The notes under the pieces: model-generated
Told to the model about the DNA's origin: nothing
What the model saw: only the letters and a program-made list of their open reading frames with translations
The model's database searches: none
Part shown: positions 16,465 through 26,188 of the stretch, piece by piece
How positions within the stretch are numbered: the first letter of the stretch is position 1
Layout of the letters: each line of letters opens with the position of its first letter
Translations under genes and position numbers: made by a program
Virus record (IMG/VR): IMGVR_UViG_3300002056_000074
DNA length: 64,000 bases
Reading direction: 5' to 3' (one strand)
From: a virus

Positions 16465-18786
16465 TTAGTCTTGATTTGCTTGTTCAACCATTTTAATGTA
16501 TTCAGTAACCATTTGCAAGCTTGATGGTTCAGTTATATCAAAGTTATATGACAAATTTTGAAGTAGTGGGTATTTTTTACTCGCGGCTTCAACAAGTTTG
16601 TGATATTCAGAATCGATATCATCTGTGTTTACATGTGGATCTACATCAATATTAAGAGTAGAAAGATAATTTTCACAATATATCAAATCTGAATCTAAAT
16701 CATCGAGATTGATTTTTGCATTATACTTCTCATTAACAAAATCGAATGCCTCACCCATTGTAGTACCAGAAAGATCAACATTTGGTAATCCCAATAACTC
16801 ATGAATAATACCAGAAATATAATTAAATCTGTAATCAATATTATCTTGAAGTGTAGCGAAATTCTTATTTTTGATTGCAAATTCTCGTACCATAGTTCTT
16901 ATGTGATCTTCTTTCTCTTCTACTTCCGTATTAACAACATCAAATATATTGACCCAATTAGAAGCTTTATCAAACTTCTTAATATCAGCAGCAGATACAC
17001 CATATACAGAATCCAAACCAAGATCAGTATCAGAAACATTATTATATACATTCAATAATTTCTGCATATTACTACTCCCAACCACAGGTTTGTATATCTG
17101 CCTCCCTTTAGTGCTACTACCCATAAAGGCCCGCTTTCCACCCGCAAAAAAGAAATATACGCCACCTTGAGAGAAATCAAATTCTGTATTAACCACTAGA
17201 TTACCATTAGTAGTATAACCAAATACTGTCCCACCCATAGCTTGAGCACCTGAAGATGTTGCTCGTGGTTTACTTGGTGCTGGAGCGAGTGTGCTGGAGC
17301 GAGTAATATCTGCACCACCCAACATAGTTCTCGCAAGTTCAATACGCTCTTCCAATTCAATCGCTGTCAAATTCTTAATATCTGGAATTGACAGTACCAC
17401 ATTATAGTTTGTAGTAATATTGAGATAATCTTCTTTAACTTTTGCAATACCACCACGAGCCTCATCAATTATATAAAACTTATAATCTATATTGCCTGCA
17501 ATTGATGCGGATGATACGGTTTTAACATTACGAATCTTGAGACCACTTGCGCCTCTTCCATAATACTCATCCAATGCAGATGCTGCGAATTTGTCTCTAT
17601 AAGTTTTAGTACCCAACTGCTTGCGGATGTTACGATTCCAAGAAATCCCCCATGAATTAACGGTCATGTAATTCGGCAGTTGCTTGTAGGCTTCACAATC
17701 AACCGCATTCAAATCAAGACTTCGGAAGAAAGCATCATTGCGATTAAATACATCATTGTAAAGATAATTAACCGTCTTATAAACAGAATCATTATGTTCA
17801 AAATTTTCAACCAATGTTGTTACAATTGAATCAAATTTTGTATACATCTCAGTGATGCGAGCAGCAAATGATTTTAGTGTGTGTTCGTTATACTTCAACT
17901 CCTCACGGTTTGCTGTAATTCGCAATGCACCGATATCAAAAATGAATACGATATCATTGGCATAATTCTTATAGAATTCCATCGCCTCAATAGTCAAATA
18001 CTGTTCTGTATTATCGATGATTTGTTCCTTATTAACCGGATAGGGAACTTGTCCATAAACAGCACCAATTTTGATGTTTGAATATCGATTAGAATCGCTT
18101 GCCATGAACCATTTACCGTCTTCATTCAAAGCAGATTCCTTAGCATCCCTAGCATAACTGTAGAGATTCTCACTATCATAAGAACCAATATTGAGTACAT
18201 TGGGCTTAACTTTGAAATATGCCAGATACCAAGAAACTGCCTTCAGAAAACGCTCTCCCTCTTCAGAATTAATGCGAACCTCAAGACCATTAGGTTGATC
18301 AGTAATATTTTCGGCCATCAATGCTACTGATGGAACACCATTCTCATTAACAAACACGGCATATTTGTATTCTACACCATTGAACCAAGATGTAACCTGA
18401 TAATTTTGTGTGTATGAAAAGGGTGTTTTTGAACCAAGGCCCATCGCACCAATGAAATCATCACTGGTATCTTTTGTGGACTCAAAATAGGTAGAATAGA
18501 GGCCCAACACCTGATCGTGAGAAAGGCCAGTGCCATAATCACGAATATAAAAATACGGATCAAGACGTGATGGGATATGGATGTCAAAGGGCTTATCAGG
18601 ATTTCCTGCTGCTACATGCGAATCATACGCATTTGCAGACAATTCACGCACAACCGCATTAACAGAATCAGTATAGAGACCAGAGCTAAGAATTTCAAAC
18701 GCTTCAGCACTCGCCTTAATCTGCAATTGTGATTCAACTGACACACCACCACGAATAACGGGCTGCTTTTCAGTATGGAGTTTCAT
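16465..18786 (-). CDS. rIIA: rIIA-like protein (GHKL ATPase N-terminus)
   Basis: LYTD...VVRELSANAYDSH, IRDYGTGL, STK...IGAMGLGSKTPFSY, TANREEL. Confidence 0.88.
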   Translation of the reverse strand: MKLHTEKQPVIRGGVSVESQLQIKASAEAFEILSSGLYTDSVNAVVRELSANAYDSHVAAGNPDKPFDIHIPSRLDPYFYIRDYGTGLSHDQVLGLYSTYFESTKDTSDDFIGAMGLGSKTPFSYTQNYQVTSWFNGVEYKYAVFVNENGVPSVALMAENITDQPNGLEVRINSEEGERFLKAVSWYLAYFKVKPNVLNIGSYDSENLYSYARDAKESALNEDGKWFMASDSNRYSNIKIGAVYGQVPYPVNKEQIIDNTEQYLTIEAMEFYKNYANDIVFIFDIGALRITANREELKYNEHTLKSFAARITEMYTKFDSIVTTLVENFEHNDSVYKTVNYLYNDVFNRNDAFFRSLDLNAVDCEAYKQLPNYMTVNSWGISWNRNIRKQLGTKTYRDKFAASALDEYYGRGASGLKIRNVKTVSSASIAGNIDYKFYIIDEARGGIAKVKEDYLNITTNYNVVLSIPDIKNLTAIELEERIELARTMLGGADITRSSTLAPAPSKPRATSSGAQAMGGTVFGYTTNGNLVVNTEFDFSQGGVYFFFAGGKRAFMGSSTKGRQIYKPVVGSSNMQKLLNVYNNVSDTDLGLDSVYGVSAADIKKFDKASNWVNIFDVVNTEVEEKEDHIRTMVREFAIKNKNFATLQDNIDYRFNYISGIIHELLGLPNVDLSGTTMGEAFDFVNEKYNAKINLDDLDSDLIYCENYLSTLNIDVDPHVNTDDIDSEYHKLVEAASKKYPLLQNLSYNFDITEPSSLQMVTEYIKMVEQANQD

Positions 18787-18841
18787 GATATTTTTATTGG
18801 ATAATTTATTTTGGTGAAGCCATTATAACAAAGATCGAAAT

Positions 18842-19264
18842 TTAATTTGTGTCAGAATCCTCATTTTTGGATTCAATTTTTTCAATCTCTGTTTTTATTT
18901 GTTGGATGATATGGTATTGGCTGGGTCTTCCGAGACTTCTAAATTCTTTCTCAGATAACCATCCAACCATTTTACCCTCAGCAGGCAATCCAAACCCGGT
19001 AACATCTATCATTTTTGCAACAAAAATATCATTATTTCCAAAATTGCCCAAATCTACTGGCTCGTCAATACTCCCCAAGAATAATCCTAATTGTCCTGTA
19101 GCCTCATATAATTTTTCCTCCCCTTCATGAGCATTCTCAAATAATTCTCCCGATGCAATCTCCCATCTAGGTTCCGTTCCTTCTTCAGCTACAAATAACA
19201 TCCTTATATCATCATCAACAATCATATACGGGATTAATGAATATTTTTTATCAGCTTTCATCAT
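18842..19264 (-). CDS. Nudix-like protein with degenerate Nudix box
   Basis: LIPY...MLFV...WEIASGE...LYEATGQLG; the canonical REUXEE is absent. Confidence 0.45.
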   Translation of the reverse strand: MMKADKKYSLIPYMIVDDDIRMLFVAEEGTEPRWEIASGELFENAHEGEEKLYEATGQLGLFLGSIDEPVDLGNFGNNDIFVAKMIDVTGFGLPAEGKMVGWLSEKEFRSLGRPSQYHIIQQIKTEIEKIESKNEDSDTN

Positions 19265-19715
19265 TACTTCTCCATACCATAAGCCTGTTTGTTTTCATAT
19301 CCTTCCTAACAAAAACCTGACCACCCATATTTGTTTTATCAAATCGTTTGTGTTGCCTAAGAACTGATATAGAAATATTGTGATTTTTAGCAAAAATTTC
19401 AGCGGGTACTGGCTTAGTTGGAATAGATGAAAATGCTCTAACTATATTAAGTCCCGGCCTACCGCGAGGTCGTTTATATCTGGTTGCTGTTCTAGGTGCC
19501 TGAACCTTACTACTCGCATCAATAAAAATCGATTCATATTTGATTGGATCAATACTAACAGTATCGGGTCGAAAATTCTCATTAGATAAATTTTTTATTT
19601 TTTCTAATGTTATCGAATCCACTTTAAATAAATCCTTGGCAACAATATCCAACGGCTTAAAATGGTTGTGTAAAATAACTTGTTCTGGAATAGATAATTT
19701 TTCAATTGATTTCAT
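19251..19715 (-). CDS. Hypothetical basic protein
   Basis: RPRGRPG AT-hook-like motif; VLRQHKRFD. Confidence 0.65.
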   Translation of the reverse strand: MKSIEKLSIPEQVILHNHFKPLDIVAKDLFKVDSITLEKIKNLSNENFRPDTVSIDPIKYESIFIDASSKVQAPRTATRYKRPRGRPGLNIVRAFSSIPTKPVPAEIFAKNHNISISVLRQHKRFDKTNMGGQVFVRKDMKTNRLMVWRSNDES

Positions 19716-19735
19716 ATATTAACCCTCAACTAAGA

Positions 19736-19764
19736 ATTTTATCATATGAAATTATTTTTATCAA
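19736..19764 (-). promoter_or_regulatory. sigma70-type promoter
   Basis: TTGATA-17 nt-TAAAAT with an extended TG. Confidence 0.6.
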
Positions 19765-20009
19765 TAATCTCTAACTTCCTTTTTCCAATTCTTTTTCTGA
19801 CGAGATCGTGATGCCTTCTTTCCATTTTTTTCTTGATGTGCACCACCAACATTCCCAGCCAAGTGAGAATTTTTTGCTGCGAAGTTTCCAGTAGCGGGTT
19901 TTCCTACTTCATCCTTATCTGCTTTATCAATTTTAGATAAAAGAGATTTGGTCTTACCCTTTCCCCTTTTAGCTTCTGTGATCATGACCAACTCTCTCAA
20001 TAATTTCAT
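19761..20009 (-). CDS. Small basic late protein
   Basis: MKLLREL..ITE N-terminus; NFAAKN..GGAH; ATAAATA at 20048-20042. Confidence 0.6.
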   Translation of the reverse strand: MKLLRELVMITEAKRGKGKTKSLLSKIDKADKDEVGKPATGNFAAKNSHLAGNVGGAHQEKNGKKASRSRQKKNWKKEVRDY

Positions 20010-20040
20010 TTAGGGCATCCAAAATAATTAAATTACTCCC

Positions 20041-20697
20041 TTATTTATTATCAAGCATCTCTTCAAACAAATTTCTCGTAACTCGCACTGCCTGTAGTGT
20101 CAATTTTATATCTTCAAGTGCATTATGATCGGTTCGCTCAGTTCCTGATGTGATGGAAAAAAGTTCATCCGAATCGTATGCTCGCCAATTAGTAAATCCT
20201 AGTGTAAAGGAATCAACGTTTCGCTGACTATATTTAAAGGGTAAATCGTACCTCTCCAGTAAATCACGCAAAAAATAGCGATCAAACTGAACATTATGCC
20301 CAAGCATAGATATAGGAGAGTCTGTCCCCCAATATTTGACGATAAGGTTTGCAATCTGCTCAACCGCTTCTTCTTCAAAGACACCACTATTTTCGAGATA
20401 TTCTAAGGAAAGGCCATGAATTTTTTCAGCAAATGAACCAAAGTTATCATTCATTTCAAGTTGATTGAATGATTCATCATTCCATTTAATTTCAACATAT
20501 AATTCATCAACGATTTCGAGAGTTTCACCATCAATGACTAGAAAGCCACCAGAAACTGCCTGATGTCGCTCCCCCGTCTTCACATTAAAGACGGGGTTCT
20601 CCTGACCCATACATACTCCGGTAGTCTCAAAATCTACACCCAATAAATATTTAAAATTATTTCTTTCCATATCTAGCCTCATCCCACCCATAATCAT
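20041..20697 (-). CDS. DEDDh 3'-5' exonuclease (DnaQ/RNase T-like)
   Basis: VDFETTG, LGHNVQFD, HNALED. Start is probably MERNN. Confidence 0.9.
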   Translation of the reverse strand: MIMGGMRLDMERNNFKYLLGVDFETTGVCMGQENPVFNVKTGERHQAVSGGFLVIDGETLEIVDELYVEIKWNDESFNQLEMNDNFGSFAEKIHGLSLEYLENSGVFEEEAVEQIANLIVKYWGTDSPISMLGHNVQFDRYFLRDLLERYDLPFKYSQRNVDSFTLGFTNWRAYDSDELFSITSGTERTDHNALEDIKLTLQAVRVTRNLFEEMLDNK

Positions 20698-22012
20698 TTA
20701 GATCAAATGATCTACTGCCCGGAGTAATGGAGCTATGTGTTCCATTTGGGGTCAAGAACCAAAACCATCGGTTTGGTCGTTGTGCAGTTACTTGTGTGGC
20801 TTCGCCATCAGTAAAGACGAATACCGCATCATAATAATCCAGCTCCTCTTCAACATGTTGACGAATACATTCAAAACATGTTCCACCACCACAATCAATA
20901 GTATATGGAGGCTTTGTAGACATAGGCTTTACCCGAGTATCAAACGTAAAATATCGTGTCTCAAACAAGTCCTTCGGAAGTGATAGAGCATGGGTCAGAA
21001 AGAATCTAGTATCTTCTACACACGATCCGGATACATCCAGATATACAGCTACCTTAGTCTTCTTTGGTGATTGTGTCTTATACTCACCCGGAAGATTAAC
21101 GCCTGTGTTAAGAAGGGCCATTTTATTATCAATAAATGCCCAATGCGTAGATACGGATAAATCATGAATACTACGGCAAATTGTTTTGTACAATTTTTTC
21201 CAATGCCGTTTCTTCACCATTGGAACATCATGTGTTTTTGTGGTGCCACTTACTACATTTCCTGCTCGCTTTGCTTTCTTATAGGAGAGGCGCTTAGAGG
21301 CTTTTTTAACCTCTTCATTATCAGGATTTTCAGCCTCCAATTCTTCTAAGGCGTCTTCGATAGCATCACGAACCACTGAAGGTATATTCGATTGATTATT
21401 ACCCTCACCGTCATCATAATCATGTTGATCAACTGTCTGTTGACCCTCACCGGGAATTTGCATCCCTTCACCATCCTCAAAAGTAATGTCACCATCCTCA
21501 ATCATCTTCTTGATTTTTTGAGTCATTTGTTCCTTGGCGGACATAAGAATTGAATAATAATATTCAGCAGTTTCATTATCAGAAACTTTAAAATTATAAT
21601 GCTCCTCTGGAAAGACAGTATCAAGCCAGCAATAATTTTCATGATTGGGGAGATCCGTTTTCTCAAACGAATAATTGCGAATCAGCATTTCATTGATTGC
21701 AACATCTGCTGCAATATTTTTTAGCTGTGCATTACCCTTATCAAAACTTAGACGTGCAAAGTGGTTATTCAATAGATGCAACTGTTCATGACACACAATA
21801 AACAATCTACCCATCACGGAAAGAGAATCCCAAAAATCTCGGTTGAATAGGAATTGAATACGCTCACCACGAATAGTTACTGCTGCAGTGGGGAGATCAT
21901 CTGACCAATAAATATCAGAAATTGCCCAAAATTTTCTGAAAAACATTCCCTTCTCTTCGAGAAGATCAATAATTTCAAATTTTTCACTATCTGGTATTTT
22001 TTTCATCGTCAT
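20657..22012 (-). CDS. Metallopeptidase plus vWA domain protein (DUF2201-like)
   Basis: PTAAV, HEQLH, NIAADVAIN; DVSGS MIDAS motif, GGGT, FTDG. Confidence 0.85.
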   Translation of the reverse strand: MTMKKIPDSEKFEIIDLLEEKGMFFRKFWAISDIYWSDDLPTAAVTIRGERIQFLFNRDFWDSLSVMGRLFIVCHEQLHLLNNHFARLSFDKGNAQLKNIAADVAINEMLIRNYSFEKTDLPNHENYCWLDTVFPEEHYNFKVSDNETAEYYYSILMSAKEQMTQKIKKMIEDGDITFEDGEGMQIPGEGQQTVDQHDYDDGEGNNQSNIPSVVRDAIEDALEELEAENPDNEEVKKASKRLSYKKAKRAGNVVSGTTKTHDVPMVKKRHWKKLYKTICRSIHDLSVSTHWAFIDNKMALLNTGVNLPGEYKTQSPKKTKVAVYLDVSGSCVEDTRFFLTHALSLPKDLFETRYFTFDTRVKPMSTKPPYTIDCGGGTCFECIRQHVEEELDYYDAVFVFTDGEATQVTAQRPNRWFWFLTPNGTHSSITPGSRSFDLNDYGWDEARYGKK

Positions 22013-22044
22013 TATCGAATGTATCTCTTTTAAGTGTTGGAATA

Positions 22045-22081
22045 AAATCCATCTGATTCTGTCGCGGAATCAGATGGATTT
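22045..22081 (-). terminator. 15-bp perfect inverted repeat (terminator, attenuator or processing site)
   Basis: AAATCCATCTGATTC-7 nt-GAATCAGATGGATTT, with a U-rich tail on the minus strand. Confidence 0.55.
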
Positions 22082-22088
22082 ATATTTC

Positions 22089-23375
22089 TTACGGTGTTGG
22101 TGCAGAGAATAGCACCTTTGCAACATCTTTGTATGATGTTCGTACCAAATCTCGCAGGATTGCAGGACTGGTATTCTCATATGCAGCCTTAATCACATTC
22201 CCTGACGTTTCAGAGTCCTCATTATTCAATGACCAGAGAACAATGATTGAATAATCTAGACCCGTATGTGCAGTTTCAAGCATTTTTTCGATATTTTTTT
22301 CCTTATATGCTTCTGCAAAGTCTTCCGTAAATTCATCCTCAATTCCATTGAGCATAAATTGCACATGTTGTTCAGGGAATTGTGTTTCCTCCAATATGGT
22401 CTCAACCGACTTATCATTAGGGCCATTGTAGTTACGAAGTAGAATGTCTACGTGACCACCCTCACTATCAGCAATTTTCCTAATTTGCTCAGGAAGTAGT
22501 TTGCCAGAATAATCTACAGCTTGATCCATCGAAAGTTTTTTGAGTTCAGCAAAAGCTTCCACCACATCAACTTCAGTGGGATTAACACGATCTGTAATTT
22601 CATCCAGATAACCTTCAGCATCTGTCATCCATCGGTCAATGTGTGATCCTTCATCACCAGAAAAGCTTTTGAGAGCTGTTAGGAGTGCATCGGGGCGCGT
22701 ATTTTCAGCAAGAACATCCTTAATATCGCCACCCAACTGCCACATACCAAGAGCATAATCAAGACGACGGGGGGATGTATCCTGACGATAATCTTCAGGG
22801 ATTTTATTCCACCACTTCAGCGCGATTTTTGACACACGCTCACCAAATTTATCAGTGAAGTAATCAGAGCTTGGCTCAAATGGGATTTTGTATTGCACCT
22901 GAAAGCGATCTTTTTGTGCGGGATCAAGTTCGGTAACATGGAACGATTCATTATCGTCATAAGGATTCACAGCAGCCCACACAGCCTTCAAATTTGGCAG
23001 CTTGACGCCATTGATAGACTTAAATTGGATAAGCTCCATCAGCGCGTTTAGGACTGGTTTGGGACTACGATTAAGCTCATCAATAAAGAGAAATTCGATG
23101 CCCAAATCTTCATCACTGGAAAATTCCAATGGCTTGATGTAATCAAGATAGCTATTACCATCCTCATCCGTAGCTTCACGTGGGACACCCACCAACGTTA
23201 GGTAAGGGTCGATGAGTGATCCACTGAAATACTTATAATTCAGGTTGTTACGTTTGGCCATAGCCTCAATAAGTGCAGACTTTCCAACACCCTGCTGGCC
23301 TTCAAGTAGGACATTAAGACCATTTTTGATCCAGAAGTCCATTTTTTTATCTAGTTCTGTAAGTTGTTCACTCAT
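22089..23375 (-). CDS. MoxR-like AAA+ ATPase
   Basis: NVLLEGQQGVGKS, LFIDELNR, AAVNP, LDPAQKDRF, SPRR. Confidence 0.88.
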   Translation of the reverse strand: MSEQLTELDKKMDFWIKNGLNVLLEGQQGVGKSALIEAMAKRNNLNYKYFSGSLIDPYLTLVGVPREATDEDGNSYLDYIKPLEFSSDEDLGIEFLFIDELNRSPKPVLNALMELIQFKSINGVKLPNLKAVWAAVNPYDDNESFHVTELDPAQKDRFQVQYKIPFEPSSDYFTDKFGERVSKIALKWWNKIPEDYRQDTSPRRLDYALGMWQLGGDIKDVLAENTRPDALLTALKSFSGDEGSHIDRWMTDAEGYLDEITDRVNPTEVDVVEAFAELKKLSMDQAVDYSGKLLPEQIRKIADSEGGHVDILLRNYNGPNDKSVETILEETQFPEQHVQFMLNGIEDEFTEDFAEAYKEKNIEKMLETAHTGLDYSIIVLWSLNNEDSETSGNVIKAAYENTSPAILRDLVRTSYKDVAKVLFSAPTP

Positions 23376-23416
23376 TAGTAATTAAATCTCTTGTGGTTAA
23401 TGGTTAGGAAGTTCGT

Positions 23417-23448
23417 ACTATAGGTCTACTATAAACTATTTTCTGTGA
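23417..23448 (-). promoter_or_regulatory. Possible class II-type promoter (half-site only)
   Basis: TCACA (23448-23444), 21 nt, then TATAGT (23422-23417). Confidence 0.4.
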
Positions 23449-24412
23449 TGATGTCGGCTATTTCTGAAATAATTCTATTTTTTTCATCTAATCGTTGTTG
23501 CTCATCCATCACCTGATTGTATTGCCAATATGGTATTACAATTAATTTAACATTATTCTTATCAGCCCATAATTTTTTCTCGTTATCGTAAGCCTGTTGC
23601 TGCTCAAATAATTCAATTTGACCTCGATGAAAAAAATTATTGTATGTATAATGTTGAATACCATTGTATTCTACTGCAATTTTAAAATCTGGTATCCATA
23701 TATCAATTTCTAACTTTGTTTTCGAGATTCTTGATGGGACAATTCTTTGGTTAAATAGTATAGTAGCATCAGAAAAGTAATTTGATATGCCATTCCGTAA
23801 ATCAATTTCAGATCTAGCCTTGGAACCACAGGTTGGACAACCATAGCCCCGCAAGTGATCATTTGGTGTCTGTAAAAATTCTCCGTGTTGGGGACATAAA
23901 ATTTTGACTTTCTGTTTTGCATTTTTATAACTCACGTTACTATAATCATATTTGTTACCATGCTTAATTATTGCCGTTTCCTCAAAACATAGTTTGCTAT
24001 TTTCTACTCTAATCTTGGCCCGCCTAATTTTCGCACACTCGGTACACCCAACTCCAACTAAATGAGAATTTGGCATAATTAAATTATTTCCATGAATTGG
24101 GCAGATGATATTTAATTTAGTTTTTTGGTTGATGTAGATGGTATTCGTATAATCATATCTATCATCATGTGCATACTTTGCAGATTGTATGAATTGATCA
24201 GTAGTTATTCTTATTCCACCGTTGCATTGTGTACAACCCCTTCCACGCAAATGTGTTTTTGGTAATTGTTTAAACTCTCCGTGCTTAGGACATGTTATTA
24301 AAATTGGTACATCATTCTTGATATAGACAGCATTATTATATGAATAGTAGTGATCATGTACTATTTCAGCCTTTTTAATAAATTCCTCTGTTTTATAATT
24401 TTTTATAGTCAA
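23429..24412 (-). CDS. Putative homing endonuclease: three DUF723-like Zn repeats plus PD-(D/E)XK domain
   Basis: CPxHG repeats; LEIDIWIP..KIAVEYNGIQHY...K...LIVIPYW. TTG start at 24412 is preferred because the longer ORF runs through a terminator. Confidence 0.7.
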   Translation of the reverse strand: MTIKNYKTEEFIKKAEIVHDHYYSYNNAVYIKNDVPILITCPKHGEFKQLPKTHLRGRGCTQCNGGIRITTDQFIQSAKYAHDDRYDYTNTIYINQKTKLNIICPIHGNNLIMPNSHLVGVGCTECAKIRRAKIRVENSKLCFEETAIIKHGNKYDYSNVSYKNAKQKVKILCPQHGEFLQTPNDHLRGYGCPTCGSKARSEIDLRNGISNYFSDATILFNQRIVPSRISKTKLEIDIWIPDFKIAVEYNGIQHYTYNNFFHRGQIELFEQQQAYDNEKKLWADKNNVKLIVIPYWQYNQVMDEQQRLDEKNRIISEIADIITENSL

Positions 24413-24440
24413 AATAAAAAACGGGCCTAATGGCCCGCTT
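24411..24440 (-). terminator. Rho-independent terminator
   Basis: CGGGCC-ATTA-GGCCCG followed by TTTTTTATTTT. Confidence 0.85.
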
Positions 24441-24464
24441 CTCCATGCAATCAATCATGATTAC

Positions 24465-24686
24465 TTATGCGGGTTCTACCCATACATGATTATTCCCTAC
24501 ATAACCACCACCAGCATTAAGGCGGCGACGGATTGAAGTGGATAGGCGATCAGAGCCATTACCACTCAGTGCTCGTGATGCACTGCGGATGGATGAGAAT
24601 CGAGTTTCCGTACCAGACTCGTAAATTGCGAGAACTGCTTTGGAAGTTGCTGCTGTTGCTGCTGTTGCTGCTTTGGTTGTAGTCAT
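24465..24686 (-). CDS. Small basic protein with NUMOD1-like HTH
   Basis: SD AGGAG; FSSIRSASRAL...SIRRRL; own promoter and terminator. Confidence 0.65.
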   Translation of the reverse strand: MTTTKAATAATAATSKAVLAIYESGTETRFSSIRSASRALSGNGSDRLSTSIRRRLNAGGGYVGNNHVWVEPA

Positions 24687-24739
24687 AAAATATCTCCTAA
24701 TATCAGTTAAATTACACTCCCAAATATAGGAGTTAATGA

Positions 24740-24768
24740 ATGTTAACCAATCCACATTTATTTGTCAA
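24740..24768 (-). promoter_or_regulatory. sigma70-type promoter
   Basis: TTGACA-17 nt-TAACAT. Confidence 0.65.
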
Positions 24769-25339
24769 GATTATTTTTGGTCTGAATTGCAACTCTTTCT
24801 ATATAATCAGCTCGCTCAATAATAGAATGTTCGTTTACGTCGTATAACCGATCTGCCATAGTCTTCCGTAGAAAATTCTTAAGCACAACGTCAATGGATT
24901 CTGTATAGAGACGATTGGGATTGCGAACGCCGTCATCTTCGATTGGAAATTTTCCGAAAGGGAGAACAAAAACAGATGTATAATTTTTATCATACTCAAC
25001 GCATGTGTTATAGTATGTATCAATATTGTCACTAAATTTGGTTCTACACCCGAAAGTGTACATATAATACACAAATGAGTCTAGGTAGGTTCTCTCAGTA
25101 AAATAAATTTTATTACTCTCAACTGCAGGTTTTTCATCTTGAAATTTTCTCAATAAAATTTCATCTTGGAATTTTAGTGATAATTCTTCATCAGAATTAA
25201 CTTCATTTAATGATACGTTCCAATCGGATAAAATAGAACGACTAATTTTGCGCTTAAGGATATTAAATCCCCTACTTTCCAACTCTTTCAAAACCGAAGA
25301 TTTTCCTGATCCTTGACTACCTGATATTGCGTATAACAT
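24758..25339 (-). CDS. P-loop nucleotide kinase-like protein (AAA_28/NadR-Ttd14 type)
   Basis: AISGSQGSGKS, FTERTYLD, EDDGVR. Confidence 0.75.
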   Translation of the reverse strand: MLYAISGSQGSGKSSVLKELESRGFNILKRKISRSILSDWNVSLNEVNSDEELSLKFQDEILLRKFQDEKPAVESNKIYFTERTYLDSFVYYMYTFGCRTKFSDNIDTYYNTCVEYDKNYTSVFVLPFGKFPIEDDGVRNPNRLYTESIDVVLKNFLRKTMADRLYDVNEHSIIERADYIERVAIQTKNNLDK

Positions 25340-25340
25340 T

Positions 25341-25865
25341 TTAATTCTCTCCAGTGATGTTGTAATCCCAATAAAACCCCGGTTCAGTTGATGGCAACTT
25401 TCTTAATAGTTTTGTTGCAATTTCCAATTGCTCATGATCAATCTTAACACAGTCCATAACAATTAGAATATCGATTATATTAACTTGAATATGTGGTTTT
25501 ATATATACGAATTTGGGAATTATCTTTTCTATTTTTTTATGAATAGTTTCATAATATTCCTCACTATCATCCTCCACACCCTCACCCATAGAATCTAGAA
25601 CATAATCAAATGCTAATTCATATCGATGTTGTTCTAATGTAACAATTTCTATAGTTGTTGCTGAGTCTGGCACTTCATCAAACATCTCATCTTTATCAAA
25701 TTGCTCATTCAAATCTAAGCTATCTAAATCAGCACCAGCCAATAACTTTAATGAATGTGGCACCAATAAATATTTTGATGTATAGTCTGAAATATTCATA
25801 TTATGAAACGTTTTGTGTAGAGATGTTATTTTCGTTTTCAGAAAAAACAACTTCTGACTCATCAT
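25341..25865 (-). CDS. Hypothetical acidic protein
   Basis: ORF; the true start is probably MNISDY near 25799. Confidence 0.6.
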   Translation of the reverse strand: MMSQKLFFLKTKITSLHKTFHNMNISDYTSKYLLVPHSLKLLAGADLDSLDLNEQFDKDEMFDEVPDSATTIEIVTLEQHRYELAFDYVLDSMGEGVEDDSEEYYETIHKKIEKIIPKFVYIKPHIQVNIIDILIVMDCVKIDHEQLEIATKLLRKLPSTEPGFYWDYNITGEN

Positions 25866-26130
25866 TAATACTTCGAATGATTGATAATTTTTCTATCATG
25901 ATAAGAACTCTAATAGCTTCATCATTATTCTTTTCTAATTTATTGGAATAGTATTTTCGCTTAGTTTCTGTTTGGGAATTATCAACTTGTTCTTTCAATT
26001 CAATCGCCCGGTTGGACAATTCAATAAAATATTGTTTTGCAGTATCTAAGGCTGCTGAACTATTAATCCCTCTATCAACATTTTCACTATTATTAATATC
26101 TTCATTGTATTCATTGTATTCATTATTCAT
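25801..26130 (-). CDS. Hypothetical coiled-coil protein
   Basis: ORF with its own promoter. Confidence 0.6.
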   Translation of the reverse strand: MNNEYNEYNEDINNSENVDRGINSSAALDTAKQYFIELSNRAIELKEQVDNSQTETKRKYYSNKLEKNNDEAIRVLIMIEKLSIIRSINDESEVVFSENENNISTQNVS

Positions 26131-26156
26131 ATAATATTACCCCTAATATGGGTTTT

Positions 26157-26185
26157 ATTATACGACATTAATTATTTTTTTGCAA
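26157..26185 (-). promoter_or_regulatory. sigma70-type promoter
   Basis: TTGCAA-17 nt-TATAAT. Confidence 0.7.
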
Positions 26186-26188
26186 ATA

